DNA from: a virus
Lineage: Duplodnaviria > Caudoviricetes
IMG/VR virus record: IMGVR_UViG_3300043205_000005
Coordinates: 2,532-66,531 of that record
Length of the DNA: 64,000 nt
Reading direction: 5' to 3' (one strand)
The notes beneath the pieces were generated by a model, which saw only the letters and a program-made list of their open reading frames with translations, did not search any database and was not told the origin of the DNA. Of this stretch, positions 9,628 through 20,396 are shown piece by piece. Positions within the stretch are counted from its first letter, which is position 1. Every line of letters starts with the position of its first letter. The translations under genes and the position numbers were made by a program.

Positions 9628-10380
9628 ATGAATAACCCGTACATCGCACAGCGGCGCCAACAATTCGCGGCGGAAGTGGCCGATTCGGCTATTCACGACG
9701 AAGTGTGCGCCATGATGATTACGGAAGATGAAACTAATCCTGTGCCGTGCCTGGAAAGCCTGTTCAACCGGACGGATTACGTCAAATCCAGCGGACACAC
9801 CCAGACAATTCGGGGGATGCTGCACAGCGGATTCTACGGTCCATACAATCGCGGAATGTATCCGCGGACCATCGCGCGACTCCACGCCGATCCGCCCTTG
9901 CAGGCAAGGATGGAAGCGGCGATCACCACCGTTTTTGCTGGCAGCAATATGATACAGGGTTTCACCGACCAGGGGTTACCGACCGATCCCAATGGACGGC
10001 GATTGCCTCACCTTGTCATTGGCGGCAACGTTTTCAACGATTGGGGTGGGGGTCCTGGCGGCCATGACGGCGCCGAGGCGTGGCGGCAGGTCTTTGAGAC
10101 GGAAGCCGCCAAGCAAGAGCCCCCGCCGCCACCCCCTCCCGTTCCTGTTGTCGGATTGCATACGACCGAAAATCTGCAACTCGCGCTGAACCATTTTGGC
10201 TACACCCCGCCGCTCGATGTTGACGGTCAATACGGCGACCTCACTAAAGCTGCCATCAAATGGTTCCAAGCAAAGATATTCCACGCGATAAACGTCGATC
10301 CCGACAGTCCGCCGCTTACCGTCGATGGTATTCCTGGTCCCGCGACATGGGCCGCGATTGATAAGGAGCTTACGGCATGA
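9628..10380 (+). CDS. Endolysin with C-terminal peptidoglycan-binding domain
   Basis: C-terminal LQLALNHFGY..LDVDGQYGDLTKAAIKWFQ..LTVDGIPGPATW (PG_binding_1); Pro linker; N-terminal E...NR hydrolase-like domain. Confidence 0.75.
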   Translation: MNNPYIAQRRQQFAAEVADSAIHDEVCAMMITEDETNPVPCLESLFNRTDYVKSSGHTQTIRGMLHSGFYGPYNRGMYPRTIARLHADPPLQARMEAAITTVFAGSNMIQGFTDQGLPTDPNGRRLPHLVIGGNVFNDWGGGPGGHDGAEAWRQVFETEAAKQEPPPPPPPVPVVGLHTTENLQLALNHFGYTPPLDVDGQYGDLTKAAIKWFQAKIFHAINVDPDSPPLTVDGIPGPATWAAIDKELTA

Positions 10381-10409
10381 CCGGCCGTTGGTTCGACGAT
10401 CCCGGCGTG

Positions 10410-10443
10410 GTCATCGCCATTGTGACCATCGAGGTTCGGTCAT
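10410..10443 (+). repeat. Bipartite element, degenerate short form
   Basis: GTCATCGCCATTGTGACCATCGAGGTTCGGTCAT; spacing 29. Confidence 0.35.
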
Positions 10444-10625
10444 GAACATCAGCCTCGGCTACAGAATAGCAATCGCCATCGCTGCGGCGGCTATCGTGCT
10501 TGGGTTACTGTGGCTAACATGATCCGCAGCACATACGGTCAAGCGGCATTCGGCGGTGTTATGGTGGCCGTCGCAATCGCTGTGTTCTGCGCTGTTGCAT
10601 ATTCATTCTAACCTAGGAGAAACAC

Positions 10626-10967
10626 ATGCCCCACGTCGATCCGACAGTTCGCTTCTGGATCAGTATTGTCGTGACTATCGCTATCGGGGTGAGCAGCGGT
10701 TCGCTTGTGCTCACCAACGCCATCCCTGCCGATTACATCAAGGAGGTTACGGCTTGGTGCGGCATCATCGCATTTGTTGGTTCGGCCATCATGAGCACCT
10801 TGAGCGGCATGGGCATGACCACGCAGAGCCGTTTGGCGAGCGCGGCGGCTGATCCTTCCGTCAAAGCCATTGTGACCACGGCGGCAGAGGCGTCGGCTGC
10901 ACCGAGCGATAAAGTGGTCCCTACGATCCAAGCCGCTCAGGCCGTGGCGGCGAAGGTGGCAGCATGA
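10626..10967 (+). CDS. Holin-like membrane protein
   Basis: Two hydrophobic segments, GGAG RBS, next to endolysin. Confidence 0.5.
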   Translation: MPHVDPTVRFWISIVVTIAIGVSSGSLVLTNAIPADYIKEVTAWCGIIAFVGSAIMSTLSGMGMTTQSRLASAAADPSVKAIVTTAAEASAAPSDKVVPTIQAAQAVAAKVAA

Positions 10968-11122
10968 CGCCAGAACTCATGGCCGAAATAGCCTCGAATA
11001 ATGGTCCCGATGTGGAGGCCATTATCGCCAAGATCGGAATCGCAACGCTGCTTGCGCTCGTGCCGAACTTCATGGCCATCGCAAAGACGGTGCAGGCACA
11101 TCAACCAACAAAGACCGTGTGA
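10964..11122 (+). CDS. Small hypothetical protein (52 aa)
   Basis: ATGA coupling to previous gene; stop TGA lies in a degenerate repeat element. Confidence 0.4.
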   Translation: MTPELMAEIASNNGPDVEAIIAKIGIATLLALVPNFMAIAKTVQAHQPTKTV

Positions 11123-11161
11123 CTTTCCGTGAGGCCAAGGACTTCTCCTATCTGGAATGAC
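11119..11161 (-). repeat. Bipartite element, degenerate variant
   Basis: CCGTGTGACTTTCCGT shared (16 bp) with the 28853 copy; ATGACACAAA at spacing 38. Confidence 0.5.
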
Positions 11162-11255
11162 ACAAACAAGACTCAATCTTAATCTGTGGTGTTGCAGGCA
11201 GGACACAACTTTATCTGTTAGGCGTATGGCGTAAACTTCAAACAAGGAGAACACC

Positions 11256-12083
11256 ATGCGCAAGATGTTTGGAATCCTCGGGGCGCTTGCGCTCCTGAGT
11301 TCTACGGCGGTGATGGCGGCCGATATGCCGTTGAAGGCGCCCCCCGTGTCTGACCAGGAGCTTTACAACTGGTCGGCGTCGGGCTGGATTATTGAACTCG
11401 GCACTTATGCCGGCGTTGATAACGCCAGTACGAACGGGAACACGTTGCTCGTTCCCGCCCTCATTAGTTCGAACGTCAATGCGTCCGGTGGCGGCGTCGA
11501 AGTTGGCGGCGGTTACATCCACGGCAACACCAATGTCCTTGGTTTCGGCAATTGGTATTTGCTCGAAGCAAAGGCCGCGTACCAGAATATCCAAGGCGGA
11601 ACGAGTGTTCCTGGTGGTAGCTCCAGCTTTTGGAGCCGCTGGTCTGTGACGGAAGATGCCTGCGTCGGCGCCGACGTGGTTACCGCGCTCACATCCGTCA
11701 TCGGCAATCTCGGTATCTCTTGGCCGACTTGGACGCCTTCGCTTCCGGCCAACGTGCAGGTCGGCGTCCCGAAGCAGTGTCTCGGTGTGCAAGTCCGCGA
11801 GTTTGGGCTCGGCGGTCAGTTCGGCGGCGCTGGTGGCACAACTACCGCTGTTGCTCCGGGGCTGATTACGCAGTTCATTTACCCCACTCTCACCGCTACC
11901 GGAAAGCCGAACGGCGGCGCGATCAAACTATGGGCGTCGGCTGACTTCACGACGAAAGACCTGGAATTTACCAACCTGTTCGGCAAGAGCGGCCCTGTCG
12001 GCATCAACCCCAGCATCAGCCAGAACAAGACGTATCTGGCCGGTGTCGATTTTGCGCTGCCGGTCACGGCGGCGTTGAAGTGA
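11256..12083 (+). CDS. Outer-membrane beta-barrel protein (Omp25/RopB-like)
   Basis: Signal peptide followed by AADMPLKAPP, the N-terminus typical of rhizobial OMPs; Gly/aromatic-rich strands; AAGGAGA RBS. Confidence 0.7.
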   Translation: MRKMFGILGALALLSSTAVMAADMPLKAPPVSDQELYNWSASGWIIELGTYAGVDNASTNGNTLLVPALISSNVNASGGGVEVGGGYIHGNTNVLGFGNWYLLEAKAAYQNIQGGTSVPGGSSSFWSRWSVTEDACVGADVVTALTSVIGNLGISWPTWTPSLPANVQVGVPKQCLGVQVREFGLGGQFGGAGGTTTAVAPGLITQFIYPTLTATGKPNGGAIKLWASADFTTKDLEFTNLFGKSGPVGINPSISQNKTYLAGVDFALPVTAALK

Positions 12084-12115
12084 TGTAACCGTGCGTTTGA
12101 ACTTCCTCCCAGACT

Positions 12116-12144
12116 TATGGGGCGAGCGCCAATGCTCCCCCATA
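12116..12144 (+). terminator. Hairpin, probable intrinsic terminator
   Basis: TATGGGG-C-GAGC-GCCAAT-GCTC-CCCCATA followed by CTTT, downstream of the OMP gene. Confidence 0.5.
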
Positions 12145-12252
12145 CTTTCGTACTGTGCAAGACTCCCCTACAGGTACTTATGGATAACCGGAACAGACTT
12201 AAGTCATGGTACTTTCAGGCGTCTAGAAACTCTCAACCGATACTGAGGCACC

Positions 12253-12612
12253 ATGAATCAGTTTTGGATAACGATTTGGGGGACCAATCTCCGCAAAACT
12301 CTGACCTCTTTTCTCGCGCTGATTACAGCGACAGCAACCGCCATCGTAGCCGTGCCGCCAGCGTGGCAGGCTATGGGCTTGCCGGAAGCCGCGAGCAAGT
12401 CCTACGTTCATGAGCAGGTCGATCCGGTCAAATTGATTCAGGCCGATACGAGTAAGGCGATTAATATCCTGACGCTCAATCAGCTTCAAAGTTCGCTCTA
12501 CGCCGCACAACAGGATATGGCGAAGGCTCCGAGCGCGACTGTGCAACAACGCATTGACGATTTGCAGAGACAGATTGCCGACATGCAAGCGAAGATCAAC
12601 GCGGGGCATTGA
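12253..12612 (+). CDS. Membrane-anchored coiled-coil protein (spanin-like?)
   Basis: N-terminal hydrophobic segment plus coiled coil; lysis-region context. Confidence 0.4.
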   Translation: MNQFWITIWGTNLRKTLTSFLALITATATAIVAVPPAWQAMGLPEAASKSYVHEQVDPVKLIQADTSKAINILTLNQLQSSLYAAQQDMAKAPSATVQQRIDDLQRQIADMQAKINAGH

Positions 12613-12845
12613 TGCGCGCGATCATTCTTTTACTCGCTGCGCAGACGTACTTGTGGCCGTGGCAGCACCATCCGCAACATTTACATCGTCATGTGCCTGA
12701 CCACTCCCCAGCTTCGATGGTGCCGGATTGCGAAGAAATAAACGCATGGGTAAAATCCCATTCGCCGGAAAGATATGAGCGCGCGTTTCGGTCTGCCAGC
12801 AAAGAACAACAAAAAATCATCACGGATTGCGAGGTAAAACCGTGA
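12609..12845 (+). CDS. Small secreted hypothetical protein
   Basis: Signal-like N-terminus; overlaps both neighbours by 4 nt. Confidence 0.4.
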   Translation: MMRAIILLLAAQTYLWPWQHHPQHLHRHVPDHSPASMVPDCEEINAWVKSHSPERYERAFRSASKEQQKIITDCEVKP

Positions 12846-13132
12846 TCGATGTTGGATCAACAACAAACGGCGGTCGCCGATCCTACCGCATAAACGCAGC
12901 CACGATTGCGGCTGTAGCTTCTGTCCTTGGGATAGTAGTTTATTTGGGCGGCTTTATCAGTGGCTATATGTTAATGAGACAAAATTTGACCGACTTGCAA
13001 GCGAGCAACATCGAAATAAAGGCTGAACTCGCCATAGTGGTTGCCCGGCTAACCCACGTCGAAGATGATTCTCACTATGCCGCACAAGGTATTGCCGATC
13101 TGAAAGCCTTGACGGCTGGAACGAAACGCTAA
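12842..13132 (+). CDS. Membrane protein with coiled coil
   Basis: GTG at 12842 overlapping the previous stop; one TM segment. Confidence 0.4.
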   Translation: MIDVGSTTNGGRRSYRINAATIAAVASVLGIVVYLGGFISGYMLMRQNLTDLQASNIEIKAELAIVVARLTHVEDDSHYAAQGIADLKALTAGTKR

Positions 13133-13150
13133 ACCCGGAAAGGAAATAGC

Positions 13151-13315
13151 ATGTCTCTCGGAACGATTCTGCTCATTATTTTGGTCATCGCCTTGTTGGG
13201 TGGATTCAGCGGCGTTGGTGGCGGCCCATTCTACGGCACCGGCTACTACGGCGGTGGCGGGTTGGGCTTGATCGTCGTCATCATCTTGATTCTGGTTTTG
13301 GCGGGAAGGCTCTAA
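13151..13315 (+). CDS. DUF3309-like small Gly-rich membrane protein (54 aa)
   Basis: MSLGTILLIILVIALLGGFSG...GGGGLGLIVVIILILVLAGRL; AAAGGA RBS. Confidence 0.7.
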   Translation: MSLGTILLIILVIALLGGFSGVGGGPFYGTGYYGGGGLGLIVVIILILVLAGRL

Positions 13316-13498
13316 AAGTAAGAGCGCCGTTCCTTCCTAGAAACGACGCCCCTTCGTATCGAAATAGTCTTCTCACAAGTTCGGGATTGTTTGCTGTTGA
13401 GTGATCCTACATGCAGATACCCCGCGTTGGTTGCGTGAAAGCAACTTGACTTCACCCGCCAAGTCTGAATCTATATGTGCAGCTTGTCAACAGGTTGT

Positions 13499-13540
13499 TT
13501 CACGATAGGTCCTTCGGGCTGAGGGACCGGACTCGGTCAC
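13499..13540 (+). repeat. Bipartite element, long form
   Basis: TTCACGATAGGTCCTTCGGGCTGAGGGACCGGACTCGGTCAC; spacing 37. Confidence 0.9.
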
Positions 13541-13559
13541 CTTTCCATCGGGAGCAAAC

Positions 13560-14423
13560 ATGAAACCGCTTTGCATCTATCACGGCGCTTGCGACGATGG
13601 CTTTGCGGCGGCATGGGTCGTGCGCAAGAGATTCCGCGATAGCGTCGAATTCTATCCTGGCGTTTATCAGAAAGAGCCGCCGCCGCATGAAGGTCGCGAC
13701 GTTGTGTTTGTCGATTTCAGTTACAAACGCCCCATACTTGACGCGATGGCCAGGTCAGCCAATTCGATTTTGATCCTGGACCATCACAAGACAGCGGCCG
13801 AAGATTTGGCGGATATCGCGCCCGCGCCGGATTTCATCGACTGGCGCGGCGCGGCGGCGATTGATGGCTCGGGAAACAATATGTTTGCGCTGTTCGACAT
13901 GAACCGCAGCGGTGCGGCAATGGCGTGGGATTATTTCATCGGTGGTTCGCGCCCCGACTTCATCGAATATGTGCAAGACCGCGATCTATGGCGCAAGGCG
14001 CTCCCGTGTGGCGATGAATTCACGATTGCGCTGCGTTCCTATCCGCAAGACTTTTTGATCTGGGACAAACTCGTTGACTCAGGTGCTCAATCTTTGATCG
14101 CGGAAGGCGGCGCGATACAGCGCTACTATCGTTTGCGCGTCGAAGAATTGAAGAAGAGTGCATATGCTGCCACACTCGACGGGCAAAATATCTGGATCGC
14201 GAACGCTCCATATTTTGCGGCAAGCGAAGTTGCGGGCGAACTGACTGAGCGCGACGGTACTTTCGGGGCTTGCTACTTCGAGGCCGAAGGCGGCCGTTGG
14301 CAATACTCGCTACGCTCTCGCGGCGATTTCGACGTAAGCGCCGTGGCGCGGAAATTTGGTGGCGGCGGCCACAAGGCCGCTGCCGGGTTTTCTGTCGATC
14401 AGCCCGCGCATACGAAACGGTGA
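13560..14423 (+). CDS. DHH/DHHA1 phosphoesterase (NrnB/nanoRNase-like)
   Basis: YHGACDDG, VDFS, LDHH, DRDLW, YSLRS, GGGGHKAAAG motifs. Confidence 0.85.
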   Translation: MKPLCIYHGACDDGFAAAWVVRKRFRDSVEFYPGVYQKEPPPHEGRDVVFVDFSYKRPILDAMARSANSILILDHHKTAAEDLADIAPAPDFIDWRGAAAIDGSGNNMFALFDMNRSGAAMAWDYFIGGSRPDFIEYVQDRDLWRKALPCGDEFTIALRSYPQDFLIWDKLVDSGAQSLIAEGGAIQRYYRLRVEELKKSAYAATLDGQNIWIANAPYFAASEVAGELTERDGTFGACYFEAEGGRWQYSLRSRGDFDVSAVARKFGGGGHKAAAGFSVDQPAHTKR

Positions 14424-14464
14424 CCGACATCCGGTCTTCTCAACCGGCACCTAGAGACCGTGAC
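14420..14464 (-). repeat. Bipartite element, variant C
   Basis: GTGACCGACATCCGGTCTTCTCAACCGGCACCTAGAGACCGTGAC; close to 31088-31131. Confidence 0.8.
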
Positions 14465-14529
14465 CCGGATAACCTTGCCTACCTTCTTTCCTTCGCCTAT
14501 GATTCCAACTCAACAGGAGGGCTAAGATA

Positions 14530-14838
14530 ATGAGCACGGCAAACATCCAATACGACCAGGAAGTTCTCGACATGGCCCAAGGCATGGCCAATGTCCGCAA
14601 GGAACGCGATGCACTGGCCAAAGAAGTTGAAGTGCTGAAAGCCGATGCTGCAATTATGAACACGAGACTCAGCGAGCGTCAGGACCAAATTAACCGTCTC
14701 GAAAACCAACTCCTGATCGCCACCATGCGTAACGGCCAACAGGTTTCGATCATCGAACAGATCAACCATCTGACTGCAAGCTACGAGAATTCCGTTCACG
14801 CCGCCGGCAGTGGGGTGGACAATACGACGCGGCAGTAA
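14530..14838 (+). CDS. Coiled-coil hypothetical protein
   Basis: AGGAGG RBS; heptad pattern. Confidence 0.5.
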   Translation: MSTANIQYDQEVLDMAQGMANVRKERDALAKEVEVLKADAAIMNTRLSERQDQINRLENQLLIATMRNGQQVSIIEQINHLTASYENSVHAAGSGVDNTTRQ

Positions 14839-15167
14839 TGGACAGGGTAACGGCCTTCCTAACCGCCGCTTTCGCGGCTTTCACACCTATCAAGGACCAT
14901 CGCCCCCACCAATGGTGCGGCTGGCAAATGCGCCATGAGGTCGCAATCGATCCTGGCCCAGGGTTCAACTTGGCTAGGGCCTGGACGCGCTGGGGAAGCC
15001 CTACGCACGCGCATGTCGGCGCGGTGGTAGTGTGGCCGCACCACGTCGGCAAGATCGTCAGCGGCGATTGTGAGGGCGGGGCGTGGATGGTCAGGTCGGG
15101 AAACGATGGAGGGACGGTACGGACGCGATGCCTGTCCGTGCGCGGGGCGATTGCGTTTCGGGAGTAG
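14838..15167 (+). CDS. TIGR02594/CHAP-like cell-wall hydrolase
   Basis: WCG...ARAW..WG...GAVVVW..HVG...GND pattern. Confidence 0.55.
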   Translation: MDRVTAFLTAAFAAFTPIKDHRPHQWCGWQMRHEVAIDPGPGFNLARAWTRWGSPTHAHVGAVVVWPHHVGKIVSGDCEGGAWMVRSGNDGGTVRTRCLSVRGAIAFRE

Positions 15168-15185
15168 GCGGCGGCTAATCTTGCT

Positions 15186-15509
15186 TTAGTCGACCAGTTC
15201 GCGAATGCGTTTCGGTGCCAGCATTTCCTTGAAGATCGAAATATCAGTCTTGCGCTGTACGGCCGGCCGGAAACGCCTTCGATCGAACGGTGTTTCGGTG
15301 CCATCGTAATCAAGCGGCCTAACGATTTCATTTAGGAATAATCCGGGACGCTGCGTGTCCCAGCAGATACCAAATCCACGGATGGTATAAACTGCGCCGT
15401 TCTTTAGACCATCCATTTCGTTGATAACGGTGTAGCCGTTGATGACCTCCCCGCAGCGCGAGGGCGGCCCATCATTCACGCAAACCACCTTTTGCCCTAT
15501 CTGGAACAT
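15186..15509 (-). CDS. Hypothetical SH3-like protein (paralog A1)
   Basis: FQIGQKVVCVND...RKTDISIFKEML; paralog of 24217..24537. Confidence 0.65.
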   Translation of the reverse strand: MFQIGQKVVCVNDGPPSRCGEVINGYTVINEMDGLKNGAVYTIRGFGICWDTQRPGLFLNEIVRPLDYDGTETPFDRRRFRPAVQRKTDISIFKEMLAPKRIRELVD

Positions 15510-15523
15510 AGGCTAGCCTCCTG

Positions 15524-18500
15524 CTAACTTGTCTTTAATGCGCCCTTGGCGATGTCGCGAATGCCCTTGAGGCAATGCCTCCCCATGCTCGCACTAAAGG
15601 CGTCCAGTGTCATTCCGTTGGCCGTGAGTAGCTGGTGCGCCCGGTGGCATTCTTCTGGCGAAGGCTCATGAAAAACGTCCATAGGATAAGCATCGGCCCA
15701 TTGGACAATGCGCTGTAGGGCTTCGATTAGTTCTTCGCAGCGTTCGCACATCCTACTAACTCTTGTTTAATCCCCGGATTGCTTCCGCGTGCTTATCGCT
15801 ACCTTGAGCAACGCGACGATGTGGCACCTTCTTATTGCCGCGCATGGCTGTCAATTCCATCGTCGTGTATTCAATGTCAGCCGCCGCGATCTTGGCTGCT
15901 TCCTCTATCGCTGCATTCCATCCGGCATCAAACCCGGCTATTGCTGTTTGATTGTCCATGGTATTCTCCCGACAGTTCTCTTGTTAACCGGCCTTCGCTT
16001 CCGGTTCATACTTTGCCTTGAGGCGCGCTAAATCGTCTCGTTCCTGTCGCTCAATCTCAGCGTTACGCTGATCTTCAGCATCCCACTCAGCTTCATACCA
16101 AAGGCTCATTGCCTTTCCGTGCTGGTCCTCAATCCATTTTGCGAAGCGTTCGGGGATGCTGTCGCTCCAATTAAGATTGCAATCGTGCTTTACCTCATGG
16201 CCGTGCATCGAAAATTCAATCTTGATGCTGACCCGGTGGTCGCCCATCATCATTCCCCTGCATATTGGCCATTAGTCGTCTTGTGTGGGCGCCATTCTCC
16301 GCGATTTTCAACGACGCCATCGTGAGCGTCAGATATAACCCAAAAGTCATATAGACGTAGTTCCCAATGACCCGGCGAAAAATAATGACGGAGTTTCACT
16401 GGGGCGGCTGGACACATAACTTCGGTGATGATGTGCTCGCTCATGGGTATAATCGGCTAATCGCTTATTTCTCGGCAAACGCACCGGATCGTTTGATTAT
16501 CTTAATGGCCTCGTCCATGAGTGCCTTCTCCTGTTTGTCGTCAAGGAAGCGCATTGCGTGGCGAAACCACTTCCTCTTGCATAGAGCGGCGTGGAGCTTA
16601 ATCCATAGTTCTATTTCTTTAGCGTCGCTCATTTGCCGCTCCCGACATCCTGCTCATTAACAGTTTTTTTCCACCGCTCGTGTTCGGCTACGATCAACGC
16701 CTGTTCTGCCATCTGGCAATATTTTTCGTGAAGCTCGGCATCGAGTGGCAGTTCGTGCGGGGCAAACATGAACTGCTCCATGCAGTCCACAGCAGCCCAT
16801 ATTTCTTCTCTGCTCGGCATGTTCTTCCTGCTGTTCAGGGAACAGTCGCCACCCGCAGCGAAGCGGGGAAGTCGTCAAGGTCGAGCGTTTCCTTCGAGCG
16901 CAACACTTGCCGCGCACCATCAAGAGTGAGCCAGAAAAGATCATCGCCGCCTAGGCCCTTCGGTTTCTCGCGCCGCACAGCGTCGCCAAGGGCAACCATG
17001 GCCGTCCATTCGTCATAGTCGTTGTGGCCAGGACCGGCAGTGAAATAGTTGCGGTACGAACGATTCCGCTTATTTGGAAGGCCGAGCGCGTGCCGGGCTA
17101 GATCGATCTGTTTTTGGTTCATGAATTTCTCCCGCCTATCTCGGCGTATGTCGTTTTCAAAACGGACCAGCATTGTTCACAAGGCTAATGATTAAGTCAG
17201 CCGCCGCCTCTTTCTCGACAGCCTTGCCCCATATGGCCGCTATCTTGCGCCCCGTCGCATCGGTCAAATAAATGTCGCCGCCGCCGGAAGCGTTAGTGCC
17301 CACCCATGTCCAATCCCAAGGGCGCGGATGGGCATCGCGGATCAAGTCTTCTTCGCTTCTCGACATAGTCATCGTCAGTCGCCTATTGCTGGAAGTGATT
17401 TATCGAGCTTCCTGATTTCGGCGGCGCAAATTCGCGTGGCTGCCTGACCGCTTTCACTTGGGACCAACTTTGTTTCAGCACCGAGCACATAATAGAACGC
17501 ACTGTGTTCAAGCGTCGTAGCTGCCGCTTCGAGGGCGGCGTTCCACCCTCTGGATTCCGCGTGTGCGATGGCGAGTTCTTCGGCGGTCATGTTCTGCCTG
17601 CTGTTGGGGGTTTAGTCGTCCAATTCCGAGCAAATATCTTGTACGGTCACGCGGCTGCGCCAAAGGTCTTTTGCCCATTTCTCAATCATCGGCCATTTTT
17701 GCTGTGGGTGTCCCGCTCCTATTGCCCACGTATTGTGTTGTCGTTCCGCAACGATTTCGACGGTCTGCATAATCTTTTTGATCGCGGCTTGATTGGTCAT
17801 GGCTGTTGATGTGATGTTTGTGCCTATGCGACGCCAATCCAGATGATTCCAGCCCCGAAGAAAATACCGGAGGCTAGGTCGCGCGCACCAAAGAGCATCG
17901 CAATGCCACCGGCAAGTAGAACGAAACCAAAAGATACCTTGTGTCCGGTTGTCGGGAAATGTCTTTGGAGATACGTCATAGCTGCTCTCTACTGATCACT
18001 CTGGATTTTCACAAAGGGCGGCGCGCTCGGTAGCGCGAATGGCAGCACGCGCATAGTGTTCGCAGCGGCATCTGCCGTCCAGTGCAGGACAGCCATCGCT
18101 CAGATCGCAACTGCGTTCCTTTGCTATCGCCTGGGCCGCCATTTCGAGTTGGGCGCTGGTCATCGTGATTGTTCCTGCATTGGACGGGTTAATCGGCCGC
18201 TTTCTTTAGCGCGCGGATCGAAATATTGTAGCGGTGACCTTCAAGTTCGATGTCGATGTCGGCTTGTCCAAAGCCGATGCCGCCGCCCACCATCTTCGCG
18301 CCCTTGGCTTCACAGGCGCTTTGTACCCAAGCGCGCATATTGAAGGCCGGTTCGATTTCATCGGCACTGTCGAAGCCGAGGGGCTGTTCGCCAGAAATCA
18401 TCGGGACACCCTCTGGCATATTGATCGGGATAGTCGCGGTGCTGCCATTTTCAAGCACTTCGATAGCTTCACGCATAAGCTCCGCTGCCGCCCCGTAGTT

Positions 18501-19569
18501 ATCGTCGCCAGCGCGCTCCGCGTTTGCGATCCAAGCCTTCATGTCGGTGACGATTGCCATCTAAATCTCCATGCTGTTCGGCGGTTAGTCGGGCACGCAA
18601 TTGCTGTGTACGTCATAACCGGGCGGTTCGCCGTAATTGGCGAAATGGCCCTCTCCGTCCTTGATTGGTTCGCCGCACCTTTCACAGGTCACTATGAAAT
18701 GGGTGTCTATCCGGCGGCACCCCGCATGGCGAAGTGCTCCAATAATGAGGTCGCGGTCGGCGACGCTCAAATACGCAGGGCGGCAGATGTCTGTGAGGCC
18801 ACCCTGAGGGTAGTGATGCTGACTGACGGGCGCGCTCTCCAAGAACGCAATTAAAGTCTCAAGGTGTTTTGTGCTGATCTTTGCCATGCTAACGTCCTGT
18901 TAACCGCCGGTTTCCAATTCGTCCTTAATCCAAAGGACGATTTTGATTAACTCCGCATCCGACACTTTCCCGAACAGAAGAACGAATCCGAGATTGTGTA
19001 TAAGACGGCGGCGGTATCGTTCGCGCTCGGTCATGTCGTCTCCGCTGTCTCGCAAAACAGATCGGGCACAGGCTGCTTTTCCTTTTTGCGTCGCGGTTCC
19101 TTCCGCGTCCTTGGCAATCCCGGCGGCTTTGCTTCCGGCACTAAATGCGAGGGCAGTTGGCGACGGTAGCGCCACGCTAGAATTTCCAGATAGTGACGCT
19201 GGCGCAAGCTGATTTCATGCTGCGGAAGCAAGTCGGCGGTCGCGGCGGCGTCGGTGATAAACCGCGCGCCCACCCAGCCCGAGCAGCGATTGAGCGCCTT
19301 CGCAAGTTCAATTTCGTGCGGTGTCATGCTTTTGGCTTTCCGCTTCCACCTTGCAGCACTTCCAAATCGCGCCGAACGTGGACGCCACGATAGGTACGCA
19401 CGTAAAAATCGCTGTCCTTTGCCGCTAAGATTGCTTCCGCGTCTCTCTTCATCAATTCGGCTCGGTCCCGAAGTAGGGCAATCATTTCCGGGACTGTCTT
19501 GCGTCCCCAATCTGCATAGCCGGACCCAAAGCGGCCGGGCAGGTTGATGGCAGTCATCCTCTCGCTCAT
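15524..19569 (-). other. Run of small leftward hypothetical phage CDSs
   Basis: Tightly packed ORFs with RBSs: 15524-15751, 15756-15959, 15984-16253, 16250-16444, 16629-16820, 16835-17122, 17157-17372, 17375-17590, 17612-17800, 18189-18560, 18585-18887, 19031-19327, 19324-19569. Confidence 0.55.
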
Positions 19570-19753
19570 AATCCTAATCCTCGGCACGCAGCACGTAAGT
19601 ATCCCGCGCGCATGATCGAAACCGGGCGTATCGGGCACGGACCTTTTGTTCGGCCTCGGCTTGTGATGTCGCATGAGTAGCGGCCGCTTCCGCAAGCGGC
19701 TGGCCGTCACGAAAACGATCAAAGGTCCATTCTCTCATCGCACGTTTCCCCGA

Positions 19754-20371
19754 TTAACCCCGTGTATGTGCCTGTTTGGCGATCTCGATCAGCAAATTCC
19801 GAAACTCAATCGGCGTTCCCGCGCGCTGGTTCTTCGATAGGCGCTGACACGCGCCGGTCTTGATCGCTCGAGCGCGTTCCTCGGCCGAGTGAAAGCCGTC
19901 ATCGAGGCGCACGAAATCTCCCGGCGCCGAACCCCAGCGCAGCGACGGTAACTCGACGCCGTTGGCATAGAGCCATGTGGCTTTGCGAGCTCGGTGGCCA
20001 TACCAGCCTTGCTCGACACAGCAAGTCCAACCGCCTTCCCAATCTGCCATGACCCAGCCGCCGGCTCGAGGCGGCACATTGAGATTGAACGCGCGCCAGG
20101 CGTGGCTTCCTTCCGGGTGCTCGAGCACGCCGCCCCAGCGCCGCACAGAGGCCAGCGCCGCGGCAAAGCAGCCGTCGTCGTCGCCCAACTTCAACCGCGG
20201 CCATGTGCTCGGCGCACCGCCCCAATAGCGTCCCCAGCGTTCGCACGGGGGATGTGCCACAACGGGGTGTGCGCCGGGATAGGCTCGAGCGTCGCGCGCC
20301 TTGTCCCATGGTTCTACGTCCGGCAGCCCGGCATAGACACCCTTGGGTTCAACGAATAGCGCGGCGATCAT
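19754..20371 (-). CDS. C5-cytosine methyltransferase-like protein (short/divergent)
   Basis: AHPPC (PC catalytic motif), VLEHP (ENV-like), GHRARKATWLY; ATG at 20371. Confidence 0.45.
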   Translation of the reverse strand: MIAALFVEPKGVYAGLPDVEPWDKARDARAYPGAHPVVAHPPCERWGRYWGGAPSTWPRLKLGDDDGCFAAALASVRRWGGVLEHPEGSHAWRAFNLNVPPRAGGWVMADWEGGWTCCVEQGWYGHRARKATWLYANGVELPSLRWGSAPGDFVRLDDGFHSAEERARAIKTGACQRLSKNQRAGTPIEFRNLLIEIAKQAHTRG

Positions 20372-20396
20372 TGTGTAAATCCCGACATACGACGCA

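Noticed and set aside
10377-10411. ATGACCGG... at the endolysin stop as partner of the 9448 element
   Set aside because: The outer box (CTCTCGTGAC) is not recognisable; too weak to call.
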